A stretch of 59,811 nt of DNA, taken from positions 1 through 59,811 of IMG/VR virus record IMGVR_UViG_3300023199_000016; one strand, written 5' to 3'. Each line of letters begins with the position of its first letter. The stretch's first letter is position 1. Below, piece after piece: positions 35,660 through 45,657 of the stretch. The translations under genes and the position numbers were made by a program. Under the pieces are notes generated by a model, which was not told the DNA's origin, did not search any database, and saw nothing but the letters and a program-made list of their open reading frames with translations. This DNA is from a virus (Duplodnaviria > Caudoviricetes).

Positions 35660-37693
35660 TCAAACGTCTCCTTTCTCAGGAGCGGTTTCGAGGATACGCT
35701 TCATGACATCGCGAATGTCCGCGAACTCCATGGCGTCGATCTTCTTCTGTGTCACGCGTGCTCGAATCTCTTCATCAATTGTACCCGGCACAACGTAGTC
35801 TCGATAGGTGACGTGCACGCGTGTTCCGATACGATGTGATCGCTTCTCGCTTTGTGAACGATTGCCAAGCGACCAATTCTGTGAGAAGTAACCAACGAGT
35901 GTCACGTTGGTGCCGGTGTCTTCAGGCTTACCATCTGAGCCGGGTGGGTACCCAATCAAGTTCAAACCAGTGCCACCCGCCGCTGCATTAGCAATGAACA
36001 CCTTTACACTTGGGTCGTGGTTGAAGTCGTAGACTGCTTTCTCTCGGTCCGCTTCAGATGTTGAACCGTAGAACGCACGACACTCGACGCCCGCTTCAGT
36101 AAGCGCCTTGATCGTTGCCTTGATGTCGGGAATCCAACACGCCCATATGATCATCTTATCGTTGGGCTTCAATGACTTGGCGTCTTCAACGATCGCATCG
36201 AGTTTCGGATTGCCTCCGGGTATCTGCTGTGCTTCACCGCGAATTGGATTGCCTTCATCGTCAACGTCATCCCACTTGATATGACCTGACGTGATCTGCG
36301 CTAGTCGCAGCAACTTCGTAAGAATGTGCTCGACCGTTGACTCTTTCATCTGTCCGCCTACGCTGATCTCAGCTTGAAGCTTCTTCTGCATGTCAGTGTA
36401 GAGCTTATGCTGCGTCGGCGTCATTGAGATTTCACGAATGTCGTACACCTGTTCGGGGAGATCAAGGTTGGCTTCATTCGTATCAATGACAAACGCAAGT
36501 CGTGCGAGACGCTCCTGAAGAAGTGGAACGTTACGATAGCCGATGAGTTTCTGAAAGCCCCGCTGTGTTGATTCAAACCGACCGTGAAACCCGCGAAAGT
36601 TCTTCCACGAATTGAAACCGGACAGGCCCTCACCTAAGAACTCAAACTGCGGGAAGATGTCGAGCAACGTGTTCAACACTGGCGTGCCAGTCAAACACAT
36701 ACGCTTCTTCGCGCATTCACGTAACTCCATCATCTTCTTGAATCGTTTGGTTTGGGTTGACTTGATGTAGTGCGATTCATCCAGCACCACGAGGTCCCAG
36801 TCACAAAGACGAATTGCTTTCCACGTTCGCTCGACCGCTTCATACGAAGCAACGATGACGGTGTACTTGAAGCCGTCTTCTTGATCCATTGCTTCAACGA
36901 GAAGCTTCGTTCGTTTCAACTCACCGCCACGAAGCACTGTCACACGACCGGATTCGACCGCAAACTTCTCAAACTCGTAGGCCCAGTTCATACGAACGTT
37001 CTTGGGCGCCACGACCAACACACGCATCATGCGTTGCTCTTCGCGATGAATCTTGGCGGCTTCGTAACACACGCGTGCAATGACGACTGGCGTCTTGCCC
37101 GTGCCTTGCTCCATGAACAGAGCAAAGCCTTCCTGTTCGATTGCGCTCGCGAATGCAGTGAGTTGGTATGGTGACAACGGATATTCGTGGTGCTGCACGA
37201 AGTCGTCGGGAATGGGCGGGAGTTGCTTCTTCAGTTTGAATAACGCTCGATGATGCGCACCTTTGGTTGCCTCGAGGAATCGAAGCAAGTTGAGCTGATG
37301 GATCATCTTTGCATCCGGTTCCCAATACACTTGATCGACCGGCCACATCGCATTGATGATAATCGAAGTGAAGTCAGTCGCCGCGAGAACCCAACGACCG
37401 TAGCCCAACTCTTTCCGCTCGGGCACGCGTCGAAACCAGTTATTCATTGCGTTGTGTGAACCGCTGATGCGTCGAGGCGCTTCACCCTCGGGCAAACCCC
37501 AAGTAGTTTCGGCGAATGCTTGGCACTCAAATGATCGACCGTCTTGCGTCATCTTGACATGCAAGCGATCGTTCGTATTCATATGAAGTTCAGTGAGAAG
37601 CTTCTTGGTGCCTTCGCTTAGCGGTTCAACCAATGTGCGTGAAGCACCACGTGCAAGCTCTTGAAGCGCTTGCTCAGGAGAGTTACTTTCCAT
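35660..37693 (-). CDS. SNF2-family DEAH helicase
   Basis: EQGTGKT, VLDESH, LTGTP, GGTGLNL, QSEKRSHRIG. Confidence 0.92.
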   Translation of the reverse strand: MESNSPEQALQELARGASRTLVEPLSEGTKKLLTELHMNTNDRLHVKMTQDGRSFECQAFAETTWGLPEGEAPRRISGSHNAMNNWFRRVPERKELGYGRWVLAATDFTSIIINAMWPVDQVYWEPDAKMIHQLNLLRFLEATKGAHHRALFKLKKQLPPIPDDFVQHHEYPLSPYQLTAFASAIEQEGFALFMEQGTGKTPVVIARVCYEAAKIHREEQRMMRVLVVAPKNVRMNWAYEFEKFAVESGRVTVLRGGELKRTKLLVEAMDQEDGFKYTVIVASYEAVERTWKAIRLCDWDLVVLDESHYIKSTQTKRFKKMMELRECAKKRMCLTGTPVLNTLLDIFPQFEFLGEGLSGFNSWKNFRGFHGRFESTQRGFQKLIGYRNVPLLQERLARLAFVIDTNEANLDLPEQVYDIREISMTPTQHKLYTDMQKKLQAEISVGGQMKESTVEHILTKLLRLAQITSGHIKWDDVDDEGNPIRGEAQQIPGGNPKLDAIVEDAKSLKPNDKMIIWACWIPDIKATIKALTEAGVECRAFYGSTSEADREKAVYDFNHDPSVKVFIANAAAGGTGLNLIGYPPGSDGKPEDTGTNVTLVGYFSQNWSLGNRSQSEKRSHRIGTRVHVTYRDYVVPGTIDEEIRARVTQKKIDAMEFADIRDVMKRILETAPEKGDV

Positions 37694-37732
37694 GACGTTT
37701 CCTTTCACAATACTTTCGTTTCGATACTTTCA

Positions 37733-37767
37733 ACGAACAAACGCCAACGCTTGTTAGGCGTCGGCGC
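37733..37767 (-). terminator. terminator-like hairpin downstream of promoter
   Basis: GCGCCGACGC-CTAACAA-GCGTTGGCGT followed by TTGTTCGTT. Confidence 0.5.
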
Positions 37768-37789
37768 TTCTCGTCCCAGGTCACGTTGG

Positions 37790-37818
37790 ATTATAGACTT
37801 CCCAACGTTTGTAGTCAA
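37790..37818 (-). promoter_or_regulatory. sigma70-type promoter for the replication module
   Basis: TTGACT-17 bp-TATAAT. Confidence 0.75.
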
Positions 37819-37832
37819 TAGTTAGGCACAAG

Positions 37833-38165
37833 TTATTTGCGTGCAGGAGGAAGCGCAATGCGAGGCACGTACTCCTTCTTCAGTCGATCGTAAACCAAGA
37901 GACGCATCGAGTCGAAGTGCCGTACCCATGCAGCAGTAAACACGGTAAGCATCGTGCGTGGACCGACCACTAAGAGATAATCATCGTCCGTTGCGACCGG
38001 AAGCACGTCCTCTTCAATGATTGTGACTTGCTTGCGTATATCGTACGGACCGACTGTCTTTGGAAAGATTGGGCACACCTTTCCAAACTGGTTTGCTGCT
38101 TGCACGTCAAGCGGACGCCGCGTGCGATGATCAATAGGTATTCTTGTAGCCCAGACTACAGGCAT
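37833..38165 (-). CDS. small alpha/beta protein, paralog of 35267-35659
   Basis: LDVQAANQFG...DDYLLVVGP...RLLVYD....YVPR. Confidence 0.65.
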   Translation of the reverse strand: MPVVWATRIPIDHRTRRPLDVQAANQFGKVCPIFPKTVGPYDIRKQVTIIEEDVLPVATDDDYLLVVGPRTMLTVFTAAWVRHFDSMRLLVYDRLKKEYVPRIALPPARK

Positions 38166-38181
38166 CTTAGCCTCGTCTTTC

Positions 38182-38469
38182 TTACACGTTCAAGGTGTCA
38201 ACGTAAAGAGTCCACTCGAACTCTCGGTTCCGCTTCTCCGGTCCATCTACTTCAGTGCGATGCCATCGTTCCCGCCCGCGTGATTCAAACTCAAGCAACG
38301 TAAACCCATCTCCTCGAGGGCCTTCATAAACGTCTACACGACGATCACGACCGTCGAGTGGCGGATCAAAGTCTCGCTTGATGTCGTCATCGGTCATCTG
38401 CTGACGACGTTCGCCACGATTCTTTCGATCATCTTGATGCTGCTTGAGTCGGTTGAATAGTTCACTCAT
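38182..38469 (-). CDS. hypothetical protein (tail-fibre-associated)
   Basis: 95 aa, ATGA-coupled to the LamG protein. Confidence 0.6.
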   Translation of the reverse strand: MSELFNRLKQHQDDRKNRGERRQQMTDDDIKRDFDPPLDGRDRRVDVYEGPRGDGFTLLEFESRGRERWHRTEVDGPEKRNREFEWTLYVDTLNV

Positions 38470-40118
38470 CGCGTCTTCTCGTATGCGAGTCCATTGCCGC
38501 CATTGTAAAGCACGTCACGTGCGTTCTGCGAGAGCGTGCTACGAAAGACCGCCACCTCGTCGATCAATCCATCAAAGTGGCCGGAGCCTGTACCGAATGC
38601 GCCAAGCATAAAGGCTGCGGTGTTATCAAAGCACCCGCCCGAATACGACTTCCCATTCTCAGTGCCGTTGTTCACTTGAATCGAGATCGTGTTGTTGACC
38701 GAGTCATGTTCAACGACGATGAAGTACCACGTGCCGGTTGATGGGGAACCCAACGCATTTGCTGCTTGTGTTGTTTCGGCGGACCCGTCACTACTTATTT
38801 GAAAGACGAACCGATCAAGTCCGCTGGAGTACCCAATCAAGTAAGCTTTCTGATTGCCACTCACTACCCACTTGCCAACCATGATCATGTCGCTTGCTTT
38901 GGACTCAAGCTTGACCCAACAGCAAATCGAGAAGTCTTCGTTACCAAACGATAAGCTCGCATTGTCCGCGATACTCAGGTACTCATTATTCGACTTCTCA
39001 AAGTCAGCGCAGTTCCCAACCTTTCCGGCTCCCTGTCCCACTGTGTTATTGTCGGTCAGGTCGTTCGAGCCGTGCGCGTCAACACGAGTGCCGCTTGCCT
39101 CTTCAAGCGACCACCATGCTTCCATATTTGTGCGAAGATCAACGAGAGGATCAGTGTTGTCTTTGTATCGAAGCCAATCGGTCCCATCACTAATAAGCAG
39201 TACTTCGTCAGCGAGGTAGTCGCCCCACGCACCAGATGAAACTCCCTCAGCATCGGTAACGACGCACATGCAGTACTTCCACTTCTCTGGGTTCGCAGCG
39301 TACGACCCGTTGAAGAATTGAACTTGCGTGAACATCGGTAAAGGGAATGGATCAGTGAAGTAACTTTCCCACGCAGCGAACTTATCATCAAGTTGTTGAC
39401 CCCACGTCCCTCCGGAGAACATAACTGGAGTGATGCTTGTCAATTGAGATGACGGTGTCGGTCGCGTGCCGGTTCCCGCGGGTGTACCTTCAACGTCTTC
39501 AGCAGACCCGTCGATTGAAAGCCAGCGGGTACCGTTTGACAGTCTGACACGTTCGCTGTACGTCCCCGCCCCAGACACCGGCTCAGGGTCCAGAACGTAC
39601 GCTAGACATCCTTCCCAATCCGCCGCGGGCGGTAGGGCGTCTCCGTCGGCGAACGATGGTAGACGCCACGGACGGGTCATTGAGAAACCGACCAATTGGA
39701 AGCAGCCCGTTATAACGGTTTCCCAATCGACGTTGCCCGCCGTAACGATTGCGCCCGATCCTTGATCGGGAAACTCAATCGGTTTGGTTTCGACACGTGA
39801 GACGCCCGACGCTTGTATGGCATTGTCCGAATCATCTAAGCGAATCCACGCTGTCTCTGTGCCAAGAAAGAACTTATCGCCAATGTGATTCGTTGTGCCA
39901 CTGGGATTGTCAACAAAGCAGAAGCACCCTTCCCACCTCGCCGAATCGGGCATGCGTGTAACAAAGTCCGTGTACCATTTGAATGGCACGGGCTTGACCA
40001 TTGCATCGAGCATCAGCTCAAGGTTGTGATTGATAAGCTCGTGTGCTTCAGCCGCACCATCGTGAATGTCGGCCATGTTCAAATCATTACGAGCATCGCT
40101 TGCTAGTGCTCTTGCCAT
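38466..40118 (-). CDS. tail/receptor-binding protein with three internal repeats and a C-terminal LamG/concanavalin-like domain
   Basis: AWWSLEE...FSICCWVK...WYFIVV...FDGLIDEVAVF...LYNGG. Confidence 0.8.
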   Translation of the reverse strand: MARALASDARNDLNMADIHDGAAEAHELINHNLELMLDAMVKPVPFKWYTDFVTRMPDSARWEGCFCFVDNPSGTTNHIGDKFFLGTETAWIRLDDSDNAIQASGVSRVETKPIEFPDQGSGAIVTAGNVDWETVITGCFQLVGFSMTRPWRLPSFADGDALPPAADWEGCLAYVLDPEPVSGAGTYSERVRLSNGTRWLSIDGSAEDVEGTPAGTGTRPTPSSQLTSITPVMFSGGTWGQQLDDKFAAWESYFTDPFPLPMFTQVQFFNGSYAANPEKWKYCMCVVTDAEGVSSGAWGDYLADEVLLISDGTDWLRYKDNTDPLVDLRTNMEAWWSLEEASGTRVDAHGSNDLTDNNTVGQGAGKVGNCADFEKSNNEYLSIADNASLSFGNEDFSICCWVKLESKASDMIMVGKWVVSGNQKAYLIGYSSGLDRFVFQISSDGSAETTQAANALGSPSTGTWYFIVVEHDSVNNTISIQVNNGTENGKSYSGGCFDNTAAFMLGAFGTGSGHFDGLIDEVAVFRSTLSQNARDVLYNGGNGLAYEKTR

Positions 40119-40765
40119 CGGAAGTACCTTTCACTCTCGCCCCAAGGATGCAACGTGTCGTGCAAGTCCGATTCACTCTCCGGCTCACGGTCGCCCGTAA
40201 AGTTCGATCCCCATCGAATGTCAACGACCGGCTGCTTTGATTCGACGTGCTCAACGTTCAACGTATCTTCACTCGTCAGCTCGCATAGGCGAAGCTTTCG
40301 TCGAATTGACTCGATGAGCTTCTTGCGTACACCAGGCAAGATCGCGTCTCGATGTCCAGCCATACAACTCAATGCGCGTCGGTACTTACTCTTGAAATAA
40401 CCTCGACGACTAAGCAGCCACCGATTCATGTTGTACACAACGCTATTCGGACAAGCATCGAGCTGTCGCTTACATAATGCGAAGTGCTCGCCCGGATACA
40501 GAACGTCGTGCTCAACCGTGAAGATCGTATCAAATACTGCGTGCTCAATGCCCATGATCATTTGACCGAATAACGATTCATAACATCGAACGTGCTTCGG
40601 CCAGATGATGTTGTCGGACCGATCTTCAGCAAATGGCGTCCACGTCACAGTTACGATCTGTGCGCTTGGTACGTTGCGCATCACTGCACGATGCAATTGC
40701 CCAAAGCAAATCTCTTCAAGTTCAGCGGGCATTGAACGATCCGAATAGTACACGATACTTATCAT
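40103..40765 (-). CDS. GT-A fold glycosyltransferase-like protein in the tail module
   Basis: SIVYYSD...IFTVEHDVLYP (DxD-like), VVDIRWGSN. Confidence 0.55.
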   Translation of the reverse strand: MISIVYYSDRSMPAELEEICFGQLHRAVMRNVPSAQIVTVTWTPFAEDRSDNIIWPKHVRCYESLFGQMIMGIEHAVFDTIFTVEHDVLYPGEHFALCKRQLDACPNSVVYNMNRWLLSRRGYFKSKYRRALSCMAGHRDAILPGVRKKLIESIRRKLRLCELTSEDTLNVEHVESKQPVVDIRWGSNFTGDREPESESDLHDTLHPWGESERYFRWQEH

Positions 40766-43299
40766 GTGACTTTCTCAATCTGTATCTCAAAGGGTAAGCT
40801 CTCTTCGGTTGAAACGACTGACCGACCACGGATGACGAATGACGCGGGTTCACTCGACGAGAAAGCAGCTTGCAACGTTGCATTGCTTATCGTAACGGTT
40901 CGAGCATCGGCGGATGCTGTAACATCACTTCCTTTCTGAGAACCCGGAGGATCTTCATACATACGGAATACAAACGTCCCCTCACTACCGGGAGCATCGT
41001 CCGACCACGCATCATCATAACCTTGTTCACCAGCCGCCTTACCCGAACCACTTGCATTTCGATAATCCCAATCAAGTACGATGTCGTCGCCCGACCGATA
41101 CTTATTGATACGATCAAGCGTTCTTCCGTTATCGTGAACGGTTGAACCTGCACCATCGTCGCCCGTTGCTTCAAGATTGTCAATCGGTCGAGGTCGATCT
41201 TTACGCTCAGTGATGTCAAGTTGCGAGGCAGTCACATCAGCGATGTCGATCGTATCGGGTACAACCTTCCAATGCGAAGTGAATTCGTCAACAAGCAACG
41301 TATGTGTGAAGCGCGTCATGTCCGGTTGATTGAACAAAAACACATACGAACCTTCGTTGTGATACTCAGGAAGTGTATCGTAGAAGCCTCGAAGCATTCC
41401 ACGAATCTGCCATTGGTTGTTTCCTAGCGCTTGCACATATCGGAACAGAATAAGCTCACCGTTGATCACAGCAACACGATGACCGGACAACCACAGAGTC
41501 TCACTGATCGTGCCCGCATAATTCAACGTGTCATCTTGATCAGCGGGTGCTTGAAACTTCGGTCCGTATTCAACGTACCCACCGCTATCTCGCGGGAAGT
41601 CTTCAAGCAACGAACCGCCGCCGCACGGCACTGCTTGTGAACCAAGCGACACGTATGACGTAGGTGGATCATCGTCACCAAGGTTGACCTCTCCGCCTAT
41701 CGTTGCATCGTTGGCTCGAATGCGCGGCACAATAACCTCGACCTGGCTGCCCAACGTTATATCGGGTGGAAGTTCAACAGGCCAGAATGCAACATCTGCT
41801 GCGGGCTCTTCCTCATCAGGCGGAGGAGCCGGAGGATCGGGCAAGTAGTCGACTTCGTCAAGCGAGTAAAGATCAAGCGTCGCCTTCAACGTTGAAGAGC
41901 CGCTCATAGGATACGTTCGTTCGGCGAGCCGATATTGTACTCCTCCGTATGTAAAGAGTTGACCGGGGAACAAGTACTTCGCATCACGAAGAACCTTCAA
42001 CGATATTGTGCGCACGGGTATCGTGTCAGCGATGTAAAGCCTTCGGCCTACAACGTCAGCAGGATACTTACTTGTGACAAGGAATAGCTTTCGACGCTTG
42101 GGCTTCGGACGATTGCCATCACGTAGGCCAGACTCTGAGTCGATTTGCACCTCACCCCTTCTGAACTTCCACTCAATATCGTCGAATTCATACGTCACGC
42201 GGTCCGCTCGTCGAAGATCAACGCTTTTCTCTTCGCGTGGCGCTGCACCTGCCACAACGTCATCGGTCAAATCAGGAACACCGACCGTTGTCTTGCGAAC
42301 AGGAATGAGCACAACACGATCACCAACTTGTGTCAGAACGTAACCCATCTCTTGCAAGAATTGTGCAGTCAGTTGGGTCGCTGATATACCGTCCTTGGCG
42401 AAGATGTTGAAATGTAAGCCTTCGTTATAAAGTCGAAGACCGGCATTCTCGAAAGAGTCAACATCCAATCGTGCAGCGTCGATGTCAAGCCCGTGCGGAT
42501 ACGGACGACGTAGCAAAGACCAGAGTGCGTGCGCTGGATTGACACCTTCGTGCAACGGATCACCACCTGCTCCTGCACTTGCGAACCACCACGGTGAACC
42601 AGTAAGCCGCCACGCTGCGGGTATCGGTATGGTGATGTCATAGTCAACAATCGGCCACACGGGTGATGTTGACATTCGCTTACCGTCTGAAGACGGTTCG
42701 CCCCACACAACATAGAACATGTGCGGCCATCGACTCGATATACCTAGGCGTTCACTATCACCAAGGAATGTGTTGATCGCTTGGTTCTGCTCACCCCAAT
42801 AGATGGTGAACGAGCCTTCCTTCTTGTTGAGCGTTATGGTGTCGCCCGTCGAAACGCCGCCACCATAATTGATGTTCTGAATTGCATCAGCAGCATCAGC
42901 GATTGTTCGACCATCACGATAGATGTTGTTGATGTACGAGCCCGGACCAACTGCAAGAACGTGCCAGCCCTTCTCATAATAGATATACTTCTTTGACGAA
43001 CCGCCACCACCTCCGCCTTTGCCTCCACCACCTCCGCCTTCGGACTTCGTCTTTCTTTCGCCCGCCCAAGCAAAGACCGGACCGATCCGTCTTCGACCTA
43101 TAACGATCGGGACGTACGACTCACCCTTCAATGAAAGCGTAGTCGGCTTGTTATCCTTGATCGGTTGGTTCTCATCCGTCTTTGGTGCGAAGATACGACT
43201 CGCCAACAACGCACCGCCCGCGATGGCAAGCAAGATGAGTTCGGTGCCGCCCGCTTGATACACTTCTGGTTGTATGACGTCAGGTTGTATCATGCCCAC
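40762..43299 (-). CDS. tail tip / host specificity protein (Phage-tail_3 / GTA-like)
   Basis: VPIVIGRRRIG, NPAHALW.LL, LFPGQ, INGELI.F...RG..DT...H..G. Confidence 0.8.
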   Translation of the reverse strand: MGMIQPDVIQPEVYQAGGTELILLAIAGGALLASRIFAPKTDENQPIKDNKPTTLSLKGESYVPIVIGRRRIGPVFAWAGERKTKSEGGGGGGKGGGGGGSSKKYIYYEKGWHVLAVGPGSYINNIYRDGRTIADAADAIQNINYGGGVSTGDTITLNKKEGSFTIYWGEQNQAINTFLGDSERLGISSRWPHMFYVVWGEPSSDGKRMSTSPVWPIVDYDITIPIPAAWRLTGSPWWFASAGAGGDPLHEGVNPAHALWSLLRRPYPHGLDIDAARLDVDSFENAGLRLYNEGLHFNIFAKDGISATQLTAQFLQEMGYVLTQVGDRVVLIPVRKTTVGVPDLTDDVVAGAAPREEKSVDLRRADRVTYEFDDIEWKFRRGEVQIDSESGLRDGNRPKPKRRKLFLVTSKYPADVVGRRLYIADTIPVRTISLKVLRDAKYLFPGQLFTYGGVQYRLAERTYPMSGSSTLKATLDLYSLDEVDYLPDPPAPPPDEEEPAADVAFWPVELPPDITLGSQVEVIVPRIRANDATIGGEVNLGDDDPPTSYVSLGSQAVPCGGGSLLEDFPRDSGGYVEYGPKFQAPADQDDTLNYAGTISETLWLSGHRVAVINGELILFRYVQALGNNQWQIRGMLRGFYDTLPEYHNEGSYVFLFNQPDMTRFTHTLLVDEFTSHWKVVPDTIDIADVTASQLDITERKDRPRPIDNLEATGDDGAGSTVHDNGRTLDRINKYRSGDDIVLDWDYRNASGSGKAAGEQGYDDAWSDDAPGSEGTFVFRMYEDPPGSQKGSDVTASADARTVTISNATLQAAFSSSEPASFVIRGRSVVSTEESLPFEIQIEKVT

Positions 43300-43757
43300 G
43301 ACTCCTTGTCATTCGGTCGCCACATTCGCATCAAGTTCCAATGATGCGAGAAGTGAGTAGGCGTTACGCCCGACTCTTGTATCGCGTGCCACGGCTTATT
43401 GTTCGGGCCTATGATAAACACGTGACCTTCATTCTCTCGGTTGCCCCACGCAGCGACTACGATGTCTCCCGATTCGAGGTGATCAAGAAAGGGCGGCTTG
43501 AACTCAGTATTGGGAAAGCGTCTGGCAATAAGCAGACCGATACGCATCACTGCCTTTGCGGAGTGCGCCGATGTGTCGGGTGGCAGCAATGGCAGAGGCT
43601 TGAGCTTCCAACCGTAAAGCTCTTGCAGGACTGCATCGACGAACCTCACGCAATCGACGCCGACGCCTTTGAGACACTGCCCATCTATGTACCGCGTTGG
43701 TGGCACTCGCCATGATCGTAAGATCCTTTCTAATTGTTCATCCCAAGGATTCATCAA
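43290..43757 (-). CDS. NlpC/P60 tail-associated peptidase
   Basis: KGVGVDCVRFV, GDIV, GHVFI, WHA. Confidence 0.85.
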   Translation of the reverse strand: MMNPWDEQLERILRSWRVPPTRYIDGQCLKGVGVDCVRFVDAVLQELYGWKLKPLPLLPPDTSAHSAKAVMRIGLLIARRFPNTEFKPPFLDHLESGDIVVAAWGNRENEGHVFIIGPNNKPWHAIQESGVTPTHFSHHWNLMRMWRPNDKESWA

Positions 43758-44650
43758 TCACCTTCTTCGTATTGCGGATGATGCGATGGCATCCGTATAC
43801 CAACACCAAGGAAGTGCTCTACGTTGTTACGCTCCGTGCACGCACTACTTGTCTTGATACAACCAGCCACGACCGTTACAGTTTGCCCCGCCCACGATGC
43901 CGGTGGTGCTTCATCGAGTATCAACGTTTCATCCGCTGATCCGCCAAGATCATCACCTGTATAGTCTCGCACGTCTATTTCGGTGTCATCCGGTCCGACC
44001 AATACGCCACGAAAGAAAAGCTTTGAATTGAACTCCAGACCCGTGCCCTTCAAATCTGCATTCGGCGTCAAGCCTGCCACGCGAACGGTTGATCCTTGAA
44101 CGATCGTAAGCGAACCAGTTTGAATCATACCACTTCGCGATGCTAATGAGTATTGACAATTGTCATCGCCGAAACGCCATGAGCATTCTTCATTGCACTG
44201 CACACCCAGAGGAATTGCAGTGATGTCTTCACCGCCACCGATGTCTGACTTGATCCCACGTACGGTTATCTTGACGGTGCCGGGCACTTCTTCTGGTGCT
44301 TCAACGATATGCGCAAATCGACCGTAGAATAAGGTGCGTCGAGAGGATGCATCACCGAACTTATATTGCTCGATCGTTATGGTGATGGGTGGATACGGTC
44401 GATCAATCGCATCATCGAATGGCGTCTTAGCTTCCATTGTTACGATTGCCGGCACATCACGAGAGCCGCCGTGTTGCGATTGAAGGTCGACCTCCATGCT
44501 TGGCACGCCGGTGAATGTGTCTGCACCAACCGTCAACGTAGGTTCATCCCACGACGCATACCGAACAGTCGTAGGTGACGTGGTCCCGTACGTTGCAGTA
44601 AGCAGCCATATCGTTTGATTGGCGGGATCGGTATCAATCGGATTGCTCAT
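43754..44650 (-). CDS. DUF2163 / BR0599-type tail hub protein
   Basis: CNEECSWRFGDDNC and AGCIKTSSAC..RNN..HFLG cysteine motifs. Confidence 0.8.
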   Translation of the reverse strand: MSNPIDTDPANQTIWLLTATYGTTSPTTVRYASWDEPTLTVGADTFTGVPSMEVDLQSQHGGSRDVPAIVTMEAKTPFDDAIDRPYPPITITIEQYKFGDASSRRTLFYGRFAHIVEAPEEVPGTVKITVRGIKSDIGGGEDITAIPLGVQCNEECSWRFGDDNCQYSLASRSGMIQTGSLTIVQGSTVRVAGLTPNADLKGTGLEFNSKLFFRGVLVGPDDTEIDVRDYTGDDLGGSADETLILDEAPPASWAGQTVTVVAGCIKTSSACTERNNVEHFLGVGIRMPSHHPQYEEGD

Positions 44651-45656
44651 CGCTTTGCTCCGCTAGCTTTCGCTCTCGCGCTTCACGTTCTTTCGCACGT
44701 TTCTCGCGCTGCATACGATCGAGCACCGTTCTTTGTTGGTCGGGTGTTGGAATACGATAACCCGTAAGCGCCTCAACCTCTCGATCGGAATACATCCGGT
44801 TTCGTTGCACCTCTTCGCGAAATGCCATGATGTTCTCACGCTCTCGATTGAATCGTTTCACTGCACGTTCATCAGCGATGATCGTCAAGAACGGCTCGAA
44901 CGACTCTTCAAACACCCCGTCTTCAAAGACAGTCGCGCATAAGACCATCATGTTGAATGCTGGTTGCCACGTGTTCAAGAATGATCCGGTCAGCCCTCGA
45001 CCAAATCGATGAGCCACCACAAGCTTATTGATTCGTCGCACTTCAAATCCGTATGACCAAGCACGCAACGAAAGGTCCTCTTCTGATCGACCCCACCCGT
45101 AGTAGTTTGGGTTGATGCCGTTGAGAGCGCTCCACACTGTGCGAGGAATAATGTAGCACGCACCCAATACCAACGGACAACGATCAACGATATGCGAGTG
45201 ACCGCGAGTAAGCCAACGTCGATCGGGCCCAATCTTGTTACGTGCAAACTCAGCACCACACCCAACGAACTTTCCTGGTGCGTAGTCATACCCTTGACAG
45301 CACGTGCAGAAGATTGCAGTCGGGTAGTCAAGATGCGCGTCAATCACCGCGTTGAGCCAGCCGTACGGCATACGCATATGCGAGTCAAGAATGACAATCA
45401 AGTCGCCCGTCGATTCTTTGACTGCTAAGCGACGCGCACCCGCAATGCCAAGCTGCGAATCGGGACGTATGATCTTTACGTCGGGAAACGAATCAAGCCG
45501 ACCCTGCACAGGTTCGTCAGAACAATCGTCGAGCACAATGATCTCGTGTGGCTTTGGATCGGCGTCCCAACAATCGGCGACTGTACCGATAAGATTCGAC
45601 TCTTCATTCTTTGCAGTGATGATAACACTAACATGCACTTGTTCAAACTCACTCAT
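44634..45656 (-). CDS. GT2/GT27-like glycosyltransferase resembling polypeptide GalNAc-transferases
   Basis: VSVIITAKNE, IIVLDDCS, GIAGAR, ILDSHM (DxH), GWGRSEEDLSLRAW, VAHRF. Confidence 0.8.
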   Translation of the reverse strand: MSEFEQVHVSVIITAKNEESNLIGTVADCWDADPKPHEIIVLDDCSDEPVQGRLDSFPDVKIIRPDSQLGIAGARRLAVKESTGDLIVILDSHMRMPYGWLNAVIDAHLDYPTAIFCTCCQGYDYAPGKFVGCGAEFARNKIGPDRRWLTRGHSHIVDRCPLVLGACYIIPRTVWSALNGINPNYYGWGRSEEDLSLRAWSYGFEVRRINKLVVAHRFGRGLTGSFLNTWQPAFNMMVLCATVFEDGVFEESFEPFLTIIADERAVKRFNRERENIMAFREEVQRNRMYSDREVEALTGYRIPTPDQQRTVLDRMQREKRAKEREARERKLAEQSDEQSD

Positions 45657-45657
45657 A

